A stretch of 64,000 nt of DNA from positions 62,001-126,000 of the IMG/VR virus record IMGVR_UViG_3300010430_000003; one strand, given 5' to 3'. Positions 27,581-37,589 of this stretch are shown in pieces (positions within the stretch are counted from its first letter, which is position 1; each line of letters begins with the position of its first letter). Under the pieces are notes generated by a model. It was not told where the DNA came from, did no database searches, and saw only the letters and a list, made by a program, of their open reading frames with translations. Made by a program: the position numbers and the translations under genes.

Positions 27581-28718
27581 AAAAAAAGATGTAGCTGGTA
27601 AGATGTCTGCCAATGACATTCGTGATCTTATCAATAAGAAATACGGTAGAACTGTTGCTTATGATTTAAGAGAGGAAAGTCCGACAGATGTTCATGATTG
27701 GATTCCAACGGGTTCAAGGTGGCTAGATAGCATTATTTGCAAAGGAAAGAGGGCTGGGGTTCCAACAGGGAAAATTATTGGAATTGCAGGTCAAGAGAGT
27801 GCTGGAAAGTCTTACTTGGCGGCAATGATTGTTAAAAATGCACAAGATAAAGGTATACCTTGTGTTTATTTCGATTCTGAAAGCGCAATTAGCCCCTCCT
27901 TCTTTTCTGAGATTGGAATTAATTTAGCCGATCTGATTTATGTTCAAGCAAAAACTTGCGAGTTTGTGTTCGAAACAATGGAGGCTATCTTAAAAGAAGG
28001 GCAACAGTATCTTTTTGTTTGGGATTCTGTTCCTTTCACTCCAACAGCTTCTGAACTTGAAAAAGACTTCAACCCAAATTCAGAAGTTGGAAAGAAGGCT
28101 AGAGTTATTTCTGGCGGTGTTGCAAGAATGACTGATCCGATTGCCGATACGAAGTCGTGTTGGGTAATTCTTAATCAGTTAAAAACCAACATTACTAACG
28201 ATCATTATGAAAGATTAATGAATCCCTTTACAACTCCCGGCGGGAAAGCTCTTAAATACTCGTACTCTCTTGAAGTTTGGCTAACACGAAGAAAGTCAAA
28301 AAGTGGATATGAATATGATGACAGAGGGTTCCAAGTAGGTGGGGAAGTTAAGGCCACAATTAAGAAGTCTAGATTCGGTACTGAACGGAGACAATGCGCT
28401 TTTAGAATTCTGTGGGGCGATGAAGTTAAAATCATGGATGAAGAATCATGGTTTGAGGCTATCCGCAACTCTGAACATTTGAAAGTTGGAGCGTGGAATA
28501 AACTTCAGTATGAAGATGGAACTTGGACTGAGAGTTTCCGGAGCGCTGATTGGTTGGAAAAACTTAAAGATGATAAGTTCCGCCATCGTGTCCAAGATAT
28601 TATGGACGAAGAGATCATTCAGAAGTTTGATAAACGTGAAGGAAACGCTAATGACTTTTATGATATTGACGGAGAAGGAACTCCCGTTGATGTTCCCGAG
28701 GAAGAAGAGGAGAAGTAA
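27570..28718 (+). CDS. recA: RecA/UvsX recombinase
   Basis: IPTGS..LD, GQESAGKS, FDSE, VWDSV, LNQLK, PGGKALKY. Confidence 0.93.
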   Translation: MMAKKKDVAGKMSANDIRDLINKKYGRTVAYDLREESPTDVHDWIPTGSRWLDSIICKGKRAGVPTGKIIGIAGQESAGKSYLAAMIVKNAQDKGIPCVYFDSESAISPSFFSEIGINLADLIYVQAKTCEFVFETMEAILKEGQQYLFVWDSVPFTPTASELEKDFNPNSEVGKKARVISGGVARMTDPIADTKSCWVILNQLKTNITNDHYERLMNPFTTPGGKALKYSYSLEVWLTRRKSKSGYEYDDRGFQVGGEVKATIKKSRFGTERRQCAFRILWGDEVKIMDEESWFEAIRNSEHLKVGAWNKLQYEDGTWTESFRSADWLEKLKDDKFRHRVQDIMDEEIIQKFDKREGNANDFYDIDGEGTPVDVPEEEEEK

Positions 28719-28720
28719 TA

Positions 28721-29089
28721 ATGGCTTATCAAATTCTCATAGATTATGAAACGGGTGATTCGTTTAATAGTGAGCGGCGTGAGGGTATGTTAAATATTAC
28801 TTGGCAAAATGTTGATATTGCAAAAGAGAATCTTGTAAGAATTAAGGAACATTATGCTTGGTATGATTATATGAATGATAATTATGGACAATACAAATAC
28901 AAAAACAAAATCCCTCAAAGGCCAGCTTGGCATGATAATAAACATGACTTTTCAGTTAAACTGAAAATGGATAATGGGGGTGAGATGGATATGTCTGCTT
29001 TTTGGTGTGGCTACTTTGAAACATTATATGGTGCCTCTATTGTAGAGGAGAAGGATTCTGATATGTCTTTTACAACAGATAGGTGGTAA
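28721..29089 (+). CDS. hypothetical phage protein
   Basis: RBS; I.Y.TGDSF and FWCGYFE.L motifs. Confidence 0.7.
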   Translation: MAYQILIDYETGDSFNSERREGMLNITWQNVDIAKENLVRIKEHYAWYDYMNDNYGQYKYKNKIPQRPAWHDNKHDFSVKLKMDNGGEMDMSAFWCGYFETLYGASIVEEKDSDMSFTTDRW

Positions 29090-29725
29090 ATGTCTTTTGA
29101 AGTAAAGTTAATTTCTGTAACACCTGACGCGGAAGAAACAATGGCTTATTGCGCTCGCGTATCTTCTGATGATCAGGAAAATCCTAAATATGCTGGCTTG
29201 TTGCGATATTGCATTAGTCATGGACACTGGTCTGTATTTGAAATGGCAAATATGGTAGTTGAGATTAATACCACAAGGGCTATTAGCGCTCAAATCTTGA
29301 GACACAGAAGTTTCTCTTTCCAAGAATTCTCCCAGAGATATCAAAGCCTCGACGAGTCAGGATACGAAATCTATCCCGCTCGCCGACAAGATGAAAAGAA
29401 TAGGCAAAATTCTATTGATGACCTCTCTATTGAAGTTCAAGAAGAATGGAAAAAGCGACAGGAAGAGGTTTGGGATAAAAGCTATGAGCATTATAAGTGG
29501 GCTCTTGACAACGGGATAGCAAAAGAATGTTCTCGTTTTGTTCTTCCAATGGAATCTAAAACTAAGATGTATATGAATGGTACTGTTCGAAGTTGGATTC
29601 ATTATATTGATTTAAGAACTGCTAATGGCACACAGAAAGAGCATATGGAAATTGCTGAAGCAATCAAACAAATCTTTTGCGAGCAATTTCCAACCGTTGC
29701 AGAGGCAAAGGGATGGATAATTTAA
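29090..29725 (+). CDS. thyX: flavin-dependent thymidylate synthase
   Basis: HWSVFE, QILRHRSFSFQEFSQRY, RSWIHY, QKEH. Confidence 0.97.
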   Translation: MSFEVKLISVTPDAEETMAYCARVSSDDQENPKYAGLLRYCISHGHWSVFEMANMVVEINTTRAISAQILRHRSFSFQEFSQRYQSLDESGYEIYPARRQDEKNRQNSIDDLSIEVQEEWKKRQEEVWDKSYEHYKWALDNGIAKECSRFVLPMESKTKMYMNGTVRSWIHYIDLRTANGTQKEHMEIAEAIKQIFCEQFPTVAEAKGWII

Positions 29726-29946
29726 ATCTTTTAGTATCAAGCAAGATTTATTATGAATACCAACTCAATCCCTATCTCTATTCGGATCTACGACTCGAAA
29801 GGGGAATTGTGCACCCACTGAAGGGAGGTTTTTATGACTATAGTTATCCTCCCACGTCGCTCTCATCGATGATGGTAAGACCAAGTTATTTAGTTACAAG
29901 ATATATCTTAAATTTAAGAAGGTTGTGGAATGAAGGGGAAAATTAA
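29713..29946 (+). CDS. small ORF of the hNxxh family
   Basis: MDNLNLLVSSKIYY; overlaps both neighbours. Confidence 0.55.
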   Translation: MDNLNLLVSSKIYYEYQLNPYLYSDLRLERGIVHPLKGGFYDYSYPPTSLSSMMVRPSYLVTRYILNLRRLWNEGEN

Positions 29947-30322
29947 AGATGAATTAATACCCGGCTCATGGGTTGCAGTTTATAGAAATCTGCATCAAGA
30001 TTGTTTTTCGGTTCAAATAGATGGGAAAGTGGTTGCGCATGTTGAGCACATTATGCTTGATAATGTAAAATTTAGAGTTGGCAAGAAAGGCAGAGAAAGA
30101 GTTCTTAAAGAAAAGAGAAAGAACGTTCATGCTAAGATCTATGGAACTGTTAGAGAACAAACATTTGAGAATACACAGGTAGATTGGCCTAAAGCACATT
30201 ATAATCCATACAAGTATGAAACTTTTGTGGATGAACATCAAGAGCCTATTTATGAAGCGGAAAGTGTTTTTCTGAGTGACGGTAAATATATTCAATACAA
30301 GGAGTTAAATGAAAAAATATGA
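29930..30322 (+). CDS. conserved-looking hypothetical phage protein
   Basis: VYRNLH, GRERVLKEKRKNVHA, YNPYK. Confidence 0.75.
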   Translation: MKGKIKDELIPGSWVAVYRNLHQDCFSVQIDGKVVAHVEHIMLDNVKFRVGKKGRERVLKEKRKNVHAKIYGTVREQTFENTQVDWPKAHYNPYKYETFVDEHQEPIYEAESVFLSDGKYIQYKELNEKI

Positions 30323-30959
30323 TATCATTATTCTTTCGGGTGGATTTGATCCAATTCATGTTGGTCATTTGAGAATGATGCACATGGCCTCTAAGAAAGC
30401 AAAAAGTGTTCATGTTGGTGTTAATTCTGATGAATGGCTTATTAGAAAAAAGGGTTATGTCTTCATGCCGTTACAAGAACGATTGGAAATAATCAAAGCT
30501 TTTGATTGTGTAGATATAGCAACTTCGTTTAATGATAATTCTGACACCGCTAGTGACTTAATTGCCAAAATTAAAAAGGAATACCCGAGACGAGCAATTG
30601 CTTTTGGTAACGGTGGTGATAGGGGCAAAGGAAATACACCAGAACAAGTTGTCTGTGAAGATCTTGGTGTAGAAATGGTTTGGGGCTTGGGCGGAGAGGA
30701 TAAACCCCAATCAAGTTCATGGCTCGTAAACAATGCCATAGAACAGCTAGACCAACAAGATTCTACTGTAAACCACCCATCACATTATAATCAAGGGGGC
30801 ACTGAAGTGATCGATATTATAGCAGAACAGGGTCACGGTGAAAGCTTTTGTTATGGTAATGCGATGAAATATATTATGAGAGCCCCCCACAAAAACAATG
30901 AAAAGGAAGACCTTGAAAAAGCTATGTGGTATCTTAAGTGGTTAGTGGAAAATGTCTAA
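30309..30959 (+). CDS. cytidylyltransferase-like domain fused to a DUF3310-like domain
   Basis: SGGFDPIHVGH (HxGH), VNSDEWL, NGGDR, SSS; C-terminal VNHPSHY...GNAMKY..R...K...EDL.KA.WYL. Confidence 0.85.
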   Translation: MKKYDIIILSGGFDPIHVGHLRMMHMASKKAKSVHVGVNSDEWLIRKKGYVFMPLQERLEIIKAFDCVDIATSFNDNSDTASDLIAKIKKEYPRRAIAFGNGGDRGKGNTPEQVVCEDLGVEMVWGLGGEDKPQSSSWLVNNAIEQLDQQDSTVNHPSHYNQGGTEVIDIIAEQGHGESFCYGNAMKYIMRAPHKNNEKEDLEKAMWYLKWLVENV

Positions 30960-31266
30960 GCACAAGAAAATAATCGGAAAGCTCTTTGCCAATGATTTAG
31001 TGTCCGTGCAACCAATGGCGCAGCCCCTCGGCAACATTTTCTATACTTCGATTAAGTATTACTCTCTTTTCAAGAAAGAAGATGTTCTCGTTTACAAAGA
31101 ACAATTAAACCTTTTAATTGCTAAAAACACCATAAACGATGTTTTAATAAATAAAGCAGAAATACAAAAAAGTAGTGCTACCAAAAGATTTTTTGGAGGA
31201 GAAGCAAAAGTGCATTTAAAACAAATAAGGACGTTACTTGAAACACAAAAAATTATTGATAATTGA
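30952..31266 (+). CDS. small protein: capsid (gp23) Gol-like segment fused to an hNxxh module
   Basis: KKIIGKLFANDLVSVQPMAQPLGNIFY followed by QLNLLIAKNTI. Confidence 0.65.
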   Translation: MSKHKKIIGKLFANDLVSVQPMAQPLGNIFYTSIKYYSLFKKEDVLVYKEQLNLLIAKNTINDVLINKAEIQKSSATKRFFGGEAKVHLKQIRTLLETQKIIDN

Positions 31267-32224
31267 TGGACTTAATAGCTTCTATAGAAGTTATATTGTG
31301 GATCCATCTATTTCATCAAAAGGATTGCCAATTGGTGGATTAAAGGGGTTTCTCAAACAGATGCAGAAACATTGCAGGGAGATCCAACCAGATGAAGTAG
31401 TAGTGGTGTGGGATGGTGAAGGTGGCTCTTCACGTAGGAAAAAAGTCTTCTCTGGCTATAAAGAGGGTAGGAAGCCAATCAAACCGAAAAATCTTGAGAA
31501 GACTTTTGACTATTGGAGCGATGATGAAATGAATCGTAACAAGAGTTGGCAGCTTGGAAGGCTATTTGAGTATTTGAATTTCATGCCATTTAAGCAACTT
31601 TATTTTGATAATGTTGAAGCAGATGATATTATAGCAATTGCTTGTCACAGTCCTCTATATGCTGATTATAAAAAGATTATCATATCAAATGATAAAGATT
31701 TTTATCAACTGCTAAACAAAGATGTGATCATCTATAGGCCCGCAACAAAAAAGTTTGAAACAATGAGCACCATCATAAATGAATATAAGATTCACCCAAA
31801 CAACTTTGCTATAGCAAGAGCTATGGTTGGTGATAAATCTGATAATCTTGCTGGTGTTGAAAGAGTTGGTATTAAAACAGCAGTGAAGATATTTCCCGAA
31901 TTGTCAGGGTCCAGCCCTGTTAATGTTGATGACTTAATTGATAAGGTTAAGGCCAAAGAAGAGAAGTTGTTAGTGGCCGAGAAAAACATACTAGAATCTG
32001 AAGATATTGTTCTTAGAAATTACAGATTAATGCAATTATATTCACCGGTAGTTGCTCCAGATCTTGCAGATAAAATTCGCAATATAATTGCAGATAGTGA
32101 AATATCTTATGGGCTCACTGAAATTAAAAAAATGATGTTAATAGATGGGTTCGGTGAATACAATTGGGACTACTTAGAGATGTACTGTCGAAGGCTTGTT
32201 AAAAATTCCAAGGATGAAGAATGA
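31238..32224 (+). CDS. 5'-3' exonuclease/flap endonuclease (RNase H-like)
   Basis: LIIDG, VWDG, YKEGR, EADDII, SNDKDFYQL, GDKSDNL.GV..VGIKTA. Confidence 0.93.
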   Translation: MKHKKLLIIDGLNSFYRSYIVDPSISSKGLPIGGLKGFLKQMQKHCREIQPDEVVVVWDGEGGSSRRKKVFSGYKEGRKPIKPKNLEKTFDYWSDDEMNRNKSWQLGRLFEYLNFMPFKQLYFDNVEADDIIAIACHSPLYADYKKIIISNDKDFYQLLNKDVIIYRPATKKFETMSTIINEYKIHPNNFAIARAMVGDKSDNLAGVERVGIKTAVKIFPELSGSSPVNVDDLIDKVKAKEEKLLVAEKNILESEDIVLRNYRLMQLYSPVVAPDLADKIRNIIADSEISYGLTEIKKMMLIDGFGEYNWDYLEMYCRRLVKNSKDEE

Positions 32225-33591
32225 CATTAAAGAATAACTTTTCAGATTTCGGGCAAACCTTCCAAGAAAAGCTAGGCTGGTTAATTTTGCTAGATCGCCC
32301 ATTCTCAGAACAAATTGAAGAGGTATTGGAATTTGACTTTTTTGAACTTAAACACCTCCGTATCTTCGCAAAGTTGATTTTTGAACATAGGGCAAAATAT
32401 AAAGTTCATCCGAGCATTGAAACCATCATCATGCTCATCAAAACAGAATTAAAAGAAGAAGATGAACTTATTGTAGAAAAGCTAAATGATTTCATGAAAA
32501 GAATGCACGATGAAGAAATTATTGAAGCTGAATTCATTAAAGAAAATTCCTTAGATTTTTGTAAGAAGCAATCATTAAAAGCAGCTATGGTTAAGTCTAT
32601 TGATTTGCTGCAGAACTCAAAATTTCCAGAAGTTAAAGCTGTTATTGATCAAGCACTCAAGTTAGGCTCTGATACTAACTTTGGTCATGATTTTACAAAA
32701 GACTTTGAAGAAAGATACTTACCAAAGTTCAGAAACCCAACTTCAACAGGCTGGAAGGCCATCAATAAAATCACTGGTGGTGGTTTAGGTAAAAAAGAAC
32801 TGTCTGTGGTTATTGCCAGTTCTGGTGGTGGTAAGTCATGGTGTTTATGTCAGCATGGAGTAGCTGCTTTAAAAGAAGGTAAAACGGTTGTTCACTATAC
32901 CTTTGAACTGGCAGACTCTGTTATTGGCAGGCGATATGATTCTATGATTAGTAAGATCCCTCTTAATGAGCTTGTTGCTTCTAAAGATTATGTAAAAGAG
33001 AAAGTTTCTGAGGTCTCTGGTAATCTTATTATTAAGGAATACGCTAGCAATCAGGCTGATGTTAATACATTAAGAAACCATCTTTCTCGATTGAATAATA
33101 GACGAGAAAAACCTGTTGACCTAATTATTGTAGACTATGCAGATTTGCTCAAACCAATACGTCAATTTGAACAACGAAGAACAGAACTTGGAGCAGTATA
33201 TCAAGCGCTTAGAGATATGGCAAAGGAGTTTGATTGCCCCGTCGCCACAGCATCGCAGAGCAATAGAAACGGAGCTAAAGAATCTATTATCACAATGGAG
33301 GCAATTGCGGAAGCTTATGAAAAGTGTTTCGTCGCAGACTTCGTTTATACTGTATCTCGAACAATTGAAGATAGACAATTAAATCAAGGCAAGTTCTTTA
33401 TTGCTAAAAATAGAAATGGGCCAGATGGTCAGGTATTTCAAGCAAAAATTGATTTGTCGAGAGGCGACATAAAAGTTTATGAGAAAATGGATTGGGACGT
33501 TGCCTCTAAATCTGCCGATAAGAAACAGAAAGAGAATTTGCATAGATTAACTCAACAATACATGGAAAAGCTTCAAGACAAGGGAGAGTGA
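32221..33591 (+). CDS. dnaB: replicative DNA helicase (DnaB/gp41-like)
   Basis: Walker A ASSGGGKS, IIVDYAD, TASQ.NR, AKNRNGPDG. Confidence 0.92.
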   Translation: MTLKNNFSDFGQTFQEKLGWLILLDRPFSEQIEEVLEFDFFELKHLRIFAKLIFEHRAKYKVHPSIETIIMLIKTELKEEDELIVEKLNDFMKRMHDEEIIEAEFIKENSLDFCKKQSLKAAMVKSIDLLQNSKFPEVKAVIDQALKLGSDTNFGHDFTKDFEERYLPKFRNPTSTGWKAINKITGGGLGKKELSVVIASSGGGKSWCLCQHGVAALKEGKTVVHYTFELADSVIGRRYDSMISKIPLNELVASKDYVKEKVSEVSGNLIIKEYASNQADVNTLRNHLSRLNNRREKPVDLIIVDYADLLKPIRQFEQRRTELGAVYQALRDMAKEFDCPVATASQSNRNGAKESIITMEAIAEAYEKCFVADFVYTVSRTIEDRQLNQGKFFIAKNRNGPDGQVFQAKIDLSRGDIKVYEKMDWDVASKSADKKQKENLHRLTQQYMEKLQDKGE

Positions 33592-33596
33592 GATAA

Positions 33597-36026
33597 ATGA
33601 TATATGGTAGGGAAAAAGTTCAAGAAAAAACGCTGAAATATTTTAATGGCAATAAATTGGCCACTAATGTATTCTTCAAATACTGCCTTCGAGACAATGA
33701 TGGAAATGGCTTTCTTGAATTAACTCCTGATGATATGCATGATCGATTAGCTAGTGAATTTCATAGAATTGAAATGAAGTATCCTAATTCTCGCTCTTAC
33801 GAAGAGATTAGAGCCGCTCTTGATAAGTTTAAATACATTGTTCCACAAGGCTCTCCAATGTATGGAATTGGCAACCCCAAGATTGTCTCACTGAGCAATT
33901 GTATTGTCACAGAAAGTCCTGAAGATGATATGTCTTCTATTATGGACGCTGGCAAGAGGCTTGCTAATTTATTCAAGAGACGATGTGGTGTTGGTATTGA
34001 TATATCAAAACTTCGACCAGACGGTTCCTTGGTTAATAACAGCGCAGAGACCTCAACTGGCGCTTGGTCTTTTGCAGACCTATATTCATATATTTGTCGT
34101 ATGGTTGGACAGTCAGGTCGCCGTGGCGCTCTTATGATTTCTCTTGATGTGCGTCATCCTGACATTGATAAGTTTATCACCATGAAGAAAGACTTAAGTA
34201 AGGTTACTGGTGCCAATGTGTCAATTAAATTACGTGATGACTTCATGGAGGCTGTTGAGGCTAATGAAGAATATACACTGCAATGGCCAATCGAGTCAGA
34301 TACACCAAAAGTGACAAGGACTATTAAGGCTAAAGAGTTGTGGGACTTAATTACTGAAACTGCGACTCACACAGCAGAGCCGGGTTTGTTGATGTGGGAT
34401 AATATCCTTACAATGCTACCCGCCCACTGCTATAAGGATTTCGGGTTTGAAACAATTGGAGTCAATCCATGTGCTGAATTGTGCTTGGCTGCCGACGACA
34501 GTTGTCGATTGATCTCAATTTGTCTCAAGTGGTTTGTTAAGAAGGCATTTACAAAAGACGCTTATTTTGACTTTGATAAGTTCAAAGAGATGGTTAGATT
34601 GGGAATGAGGTTAAACGAAGACCTTGTTGATCTTGAGATTGAGAAATTAAAGAGCGTTATTGAAGCAACTGATTCACAAGAAGAAAAAGAGATGTTTGCA
34701 AGACTTGTTAAGAAAGCAGAAGATGGTCGAAGAACTGGTCTTGGCACTCATGGTCTAGCTGATGCTTTATGTCGACTTGGTATCAAGTATGCATCATCAG
34801 AATCATTAGAAATGATTGATAAGATCTATGAAACTTTAAAGCTTGAGGCGTACGACGAGAGCATCACTCTAGCAGAAGAAAGAGGTGCTTTCCCTGTGTT
34901 TAATTGGGAAGTAGAAAAAGACTGCGCGTTTTTCAAATCATTTCCAGAAAGAATTCTGAAGAGAATGAAAAAGCATGGAAGACGAAACATCTCCATTCTT
35001 ACTAATGCGCCAACAGGATCAGTTTCAATTGAGTCACAAGTGGATGGAAGTGGTATTGAACCCTTCTTTAGACTAATGATGACTAGAAGAAGAAAACTTG
35101 ATCACGATCAAACAGATATTGTGCCCGACTTTATTGATAAGACCGGGGACAAGTGGATTGAATTCACAGTCTATGCTAAGAATGTTGAAGAGTGGAAAGA
35201 AACTACAGGTTTAACAGATAATGATATTCCTGATTATTTTGTAACATCAGATCAAATTGGTTGGCTCTCACGAGTGCTAGTACAAGCTGCCATCCAAAAG
35301 CATATCGATCATTCGATATCAAGCACCATTAATTTACCTCGCGGAACATCTCCCGATATCGTGGGAGAGATCTATAAGCATGCATGGAAAAATGGTTGCA
35401 AAGGTGTGACAGTATATGTAGAGGGTTCTAGAGATGGTGTTTTGCTATCCAATACCGAGGTAGGTGACGACATGGGTACCGGGGTACTACGGTACCACGA
35501 TGCACCCACCCGCCCTGATGATTTGGAGTGTGATATTCATCAAGCAAAAGTAAAGGGAGAGGATTATACGATCATTATCTCTCTGCTTGGTGACAGACCA
35601 TATGAAGTATTGGGAGGAAAGTCTTCAAAGGTGCAGATTCCCAAAGAGCATAATAAAGGGACTGTTCTAAAAAGAAGAAATAAAACAGTCCCAAACAGGT
35701 ATGATTTAAAGGTTAACGGATTTAAGATAACAGATGTGGTATCAACTTTTGACAACCCTGATAACGCTGTTGTAACAAGAATGGTCTCAATGAACTTAAG
35801 GCATGGTGTAAAACCTTCTTTTATTGTTGAACAGCTATTAAAGGATACTGATGCTTCATTTGCGAGCTTTTCGAAAGTGCTTGCAAGAGTGTTGAAGAAG
35901 TATATCGAGGATGGGACGGCCGTTGCAGCCGGCAAGGAAGGGGTTTGCCCGGATGGTTCACTTCATGAATTGGTGTATCAAGAGGGGTGTGTTATTTGTG
36001 CTAAATGCGGATGGACTAAATGTTGA
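33597..36026 (+). CDS. nrdJ: class II (B12-dependent) ribonucleotide reductase
   Basis: SLSNC, RRGA, AEPG, NPCAE, APTGS, SSTINLP, KGVTVY, C-terminal Zn-ribbon; no beta-subunit gene nearby. Confidence 0.9.
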   Translation: MIYGREKVQEKTLKYFNGNKLATNVFFKYCLRDNDGNGFLELTPDDMHDRLASEFHRIEMKYPNSRSYEEIRAALDKFKYIVPQGSPMYGIGNPKIVSLSNCIVTESPEDDMSSIMDAGKRLANLFKRRCGVGIDISKLRPDGSLVNNSAETSTGAWSFADLYSYICRMVGQSGRRGALMISLDVRHPDIDKFITMKKDLSKVTGANVSIKLRDDFMEAVEANEEYTLQWPIESDTPKVTRTIKAKELWDLITETATHTAEPGLLMWDNILTMLPAHCYKDFGFETIGVNPCAELCLAADDSCRLISICLKWFVKKAFTKDAYFDFDKFKEMVRLGMRLNEDLVDLEIEKLKSVIEATDSQEEKEMFARLVKKAEDGRRTGLGTHGLADALCRLGIKYASSESLEMIDKIYETLKLEAYDESITLAEERGAFPVFNWEVEKDCAFFKSFPERILKRMKKHGRRNISILTNAPTGSVSIESQVDGSGIEPFFRLMMTRRRKLDHDQTDIVPDFIDKTGDKWIEFTVYAKNVEEWKETTGLTDNDIPDYFVTSDQIGWLSRVLVQAAIQKHIDHSISSTINLPRGTSPDIVGEIYKHAWKNGCKGVTVYVEGSRDGVLLSNTEVGDDMGTGVLRYHDAPTRPDDLECDIHQAKVKGEDYTIIISLLGDRPYEVLGGKSSKVQIPKEHNKGTVLKRRNKTVPNRYDLKVNGFKITDVVSTFDNPDNAVVTRMVSMNLRHGVKPSFIVEQLLKDTDASFASFSKVLARVLKKYIEDGTAVAAGKEGVCPDGSLHELVYQEGCVICAKCGWTKC

Positions 36027-36253
36027 ATAAATCTCAAATAAACATGTATGTGTGGTGCTCATATTATGAGCGTATAGAATCTTTCTATACGGGATATGTG
36101 AGAGATGATAGTTTTCCTGATGTGAATGTACCATCCCGAAGTTTCTGTCTCTTAGAGTCAAATACAATAAGTAATTATTCAAATTGTATTTGGGAAGATT
36201 TAGAAGTTTTAGAAAAAATCCATAAACAAAGGAGATTAAATGGATACTGTTAA
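36020..36253 (+). CDS. small ORF of the hNxxh family
   Basis: QINMYVWCSYY. Confidence 0.55.
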   Translation: MLNKSQINMYVWCSYYERIESFYTGYVRDDSFPDVNVPSRSFCLLESNTISNYSNCIWEDLEVLEKIHKQRRLNGYC

Positions 36254-36500
36254 AAAAGAGCATATCGTAAATTATATTAAGGCGCTTGCTGAAATTGAAA
36301 TGCAAATGGAACCATATGCACAGGCTAAACGTGATTTACGAACAAATTACATTGAGAATAATTTCCTCAGCAAAGATGAACTTTGGCAAGCTGTTAAGGC
36401 ATACCGATTCGTCCAGAAAGGAAAGGAAATTGACATTGATAATTTCAATGAAATGTATGAGCAGTTAATGAACTTTTTCGGGGAGAGCGCAATTGATTAA
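36240..36500 (+). CDS. small dsDNA-binding protein (T4 DsbA/DUF2312-like)
   Basis: Helical pattern YIKAL.EIE...Y...K.DL...Y; RBS AGGAG. Confidence 0.5.
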   Translation: MDTVKKEHIVNYIKALAEIEMQMEPYAQAKRDLRTNYIENNFLSKDELWQAVKAYRFVQKGKEIDIDNFNEMYEQLMNFFGESAID

Positions 36501-36780
36501 GCATTTGTTTGATGGTAATTATCTGGTTGAAAGAATTCAATTAGAGAAAAGCGATAATTTGACTGTTGCTATGCCATCGAAGAAGGGAAGGATCCCGTCA
36601 GGTGCTACTCACGTTAAGCTTATTAAAAAACCCGTATCTTTCAATGATAAAGAAAAATTTGATTTGATAGATATCGGAGATATTCTAATAGTCGACATAG
36701 CAAGACTTATGGATTTCGATGATAGCGGAGCGGAGATTATCAATGAAAGGTTTATTATGGGCCTATGGGAGCCTGATTGA
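36493..36780 (+). CDS. divergent GroES-like co-chaperonin
   Basis: 95 aa; YLVE, mobile-loop-like segment, IGDILIV, IINERFIMG; GroEL is present in the window. Confidence 0.5.
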   Translation: MIKHLFDGNYLVERIQLEKSDNLTVAMPSKKGRIPSGATHVKLIKKPVSFNDKEKFDLIDIGDILIVDIARLMDFDDSGAEIINERFIMGLWEPD

Positions 36781-37589
36781 GCGGTAGATTAAAAAAGGGA
36801 CATAATAGATGGAAGAAGTCTAAAACAACGACGAGGAAGAATTATCTTAAGAACATAACTCTTAAGTTTGATTTTTCAAATGTTGTTGTTGGTTCTGACA
36901 TCAACGCTGTTCTATATGCTTTCAAGAGAGATTTACCTCTTTTCATAGAAAAAGACCATTTCTCACTGGAAGAAGAAATACTCAGCAATGAGGACTTGAA
37001 GAAAAATATCCAATTCGAGGATTATGAAAACTTCAAGTCCTCATTGTTGTTTGTAATGAATTTAAACGGACTTGTGTTCGGTTTTGATAGTCTTGATATA
37101 GAAGAAAATATTATTAAAACTGAGTATGATAAGTTTTTCATCAATGAATGTTATTACAGTAAATTAGTAGACCCCTTTAAACCTGAACCTCTTATGTTGG
37201 TGATAGACAAGATCTCTGTAGAACTTCCTAAAACTAAGAAAACTTTATTCCGAAATTTTGAATATCATGGTAATGATAGATTTATCAATAAGATTGTATC
37301 ACACAAGGATGAATTGTATTGTATCTCTTATATGACAGAAAAAGAATTGAGTAATGAAGAGTATTTAATCTTCAATGTAAAATTCAAGGTTCAAGAGATT
37401 TTAGAAAATAATAAAATTAATTATTCTGTTTCAAGTGTTAAGAGATGTTTAGAACAACACAGATCTATGGAAATAGAGTTTGATAACTATTTCAATATAT
37501 CAAACATGTCAGTCTCAGAAATCTTAGAAACTGAAAAAGAAAGTAGAAACATGGAAATGTATGGCAAATTCGGACAAGACATATTCTGA
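36777..37589 (+). CDS. hypothetical protein, degenerate Rossmann-like N-terminus
   Basis: NVVVGSDINAVLYA. Confidence 0.55.
   Translation: MSGRLKKGHNRWKKSKTTTRKNYLKNITLKFDFSNVVVGSDINAVLYAFKRDLPLFIEKDHFSLEEEILSNEDLKKNIQFEDYENFKSSLLFVMNLNGLVFGFDSLDIEENIIKTEYDKFFINECYYSKLVDPFKPEPLMLVIDKISVELPKTKKTLFRNFEYHGNDRFINKIVSHKDELYCISYMTEKELSNEEYLIFNVKFKVQEILENNKINYSVSSVKRCLEQHRSMEIEFDNYFNISNMSVSEILETEKESRNMEMYGKFGQDIF

Noticed and set aside
35475-35496. GGTACCG/CGGTACC hairpin with three GGTAC copies inside nrdJ
   Set aside because: Short, within coding sequence and not repeated elsewhere; probably chance.
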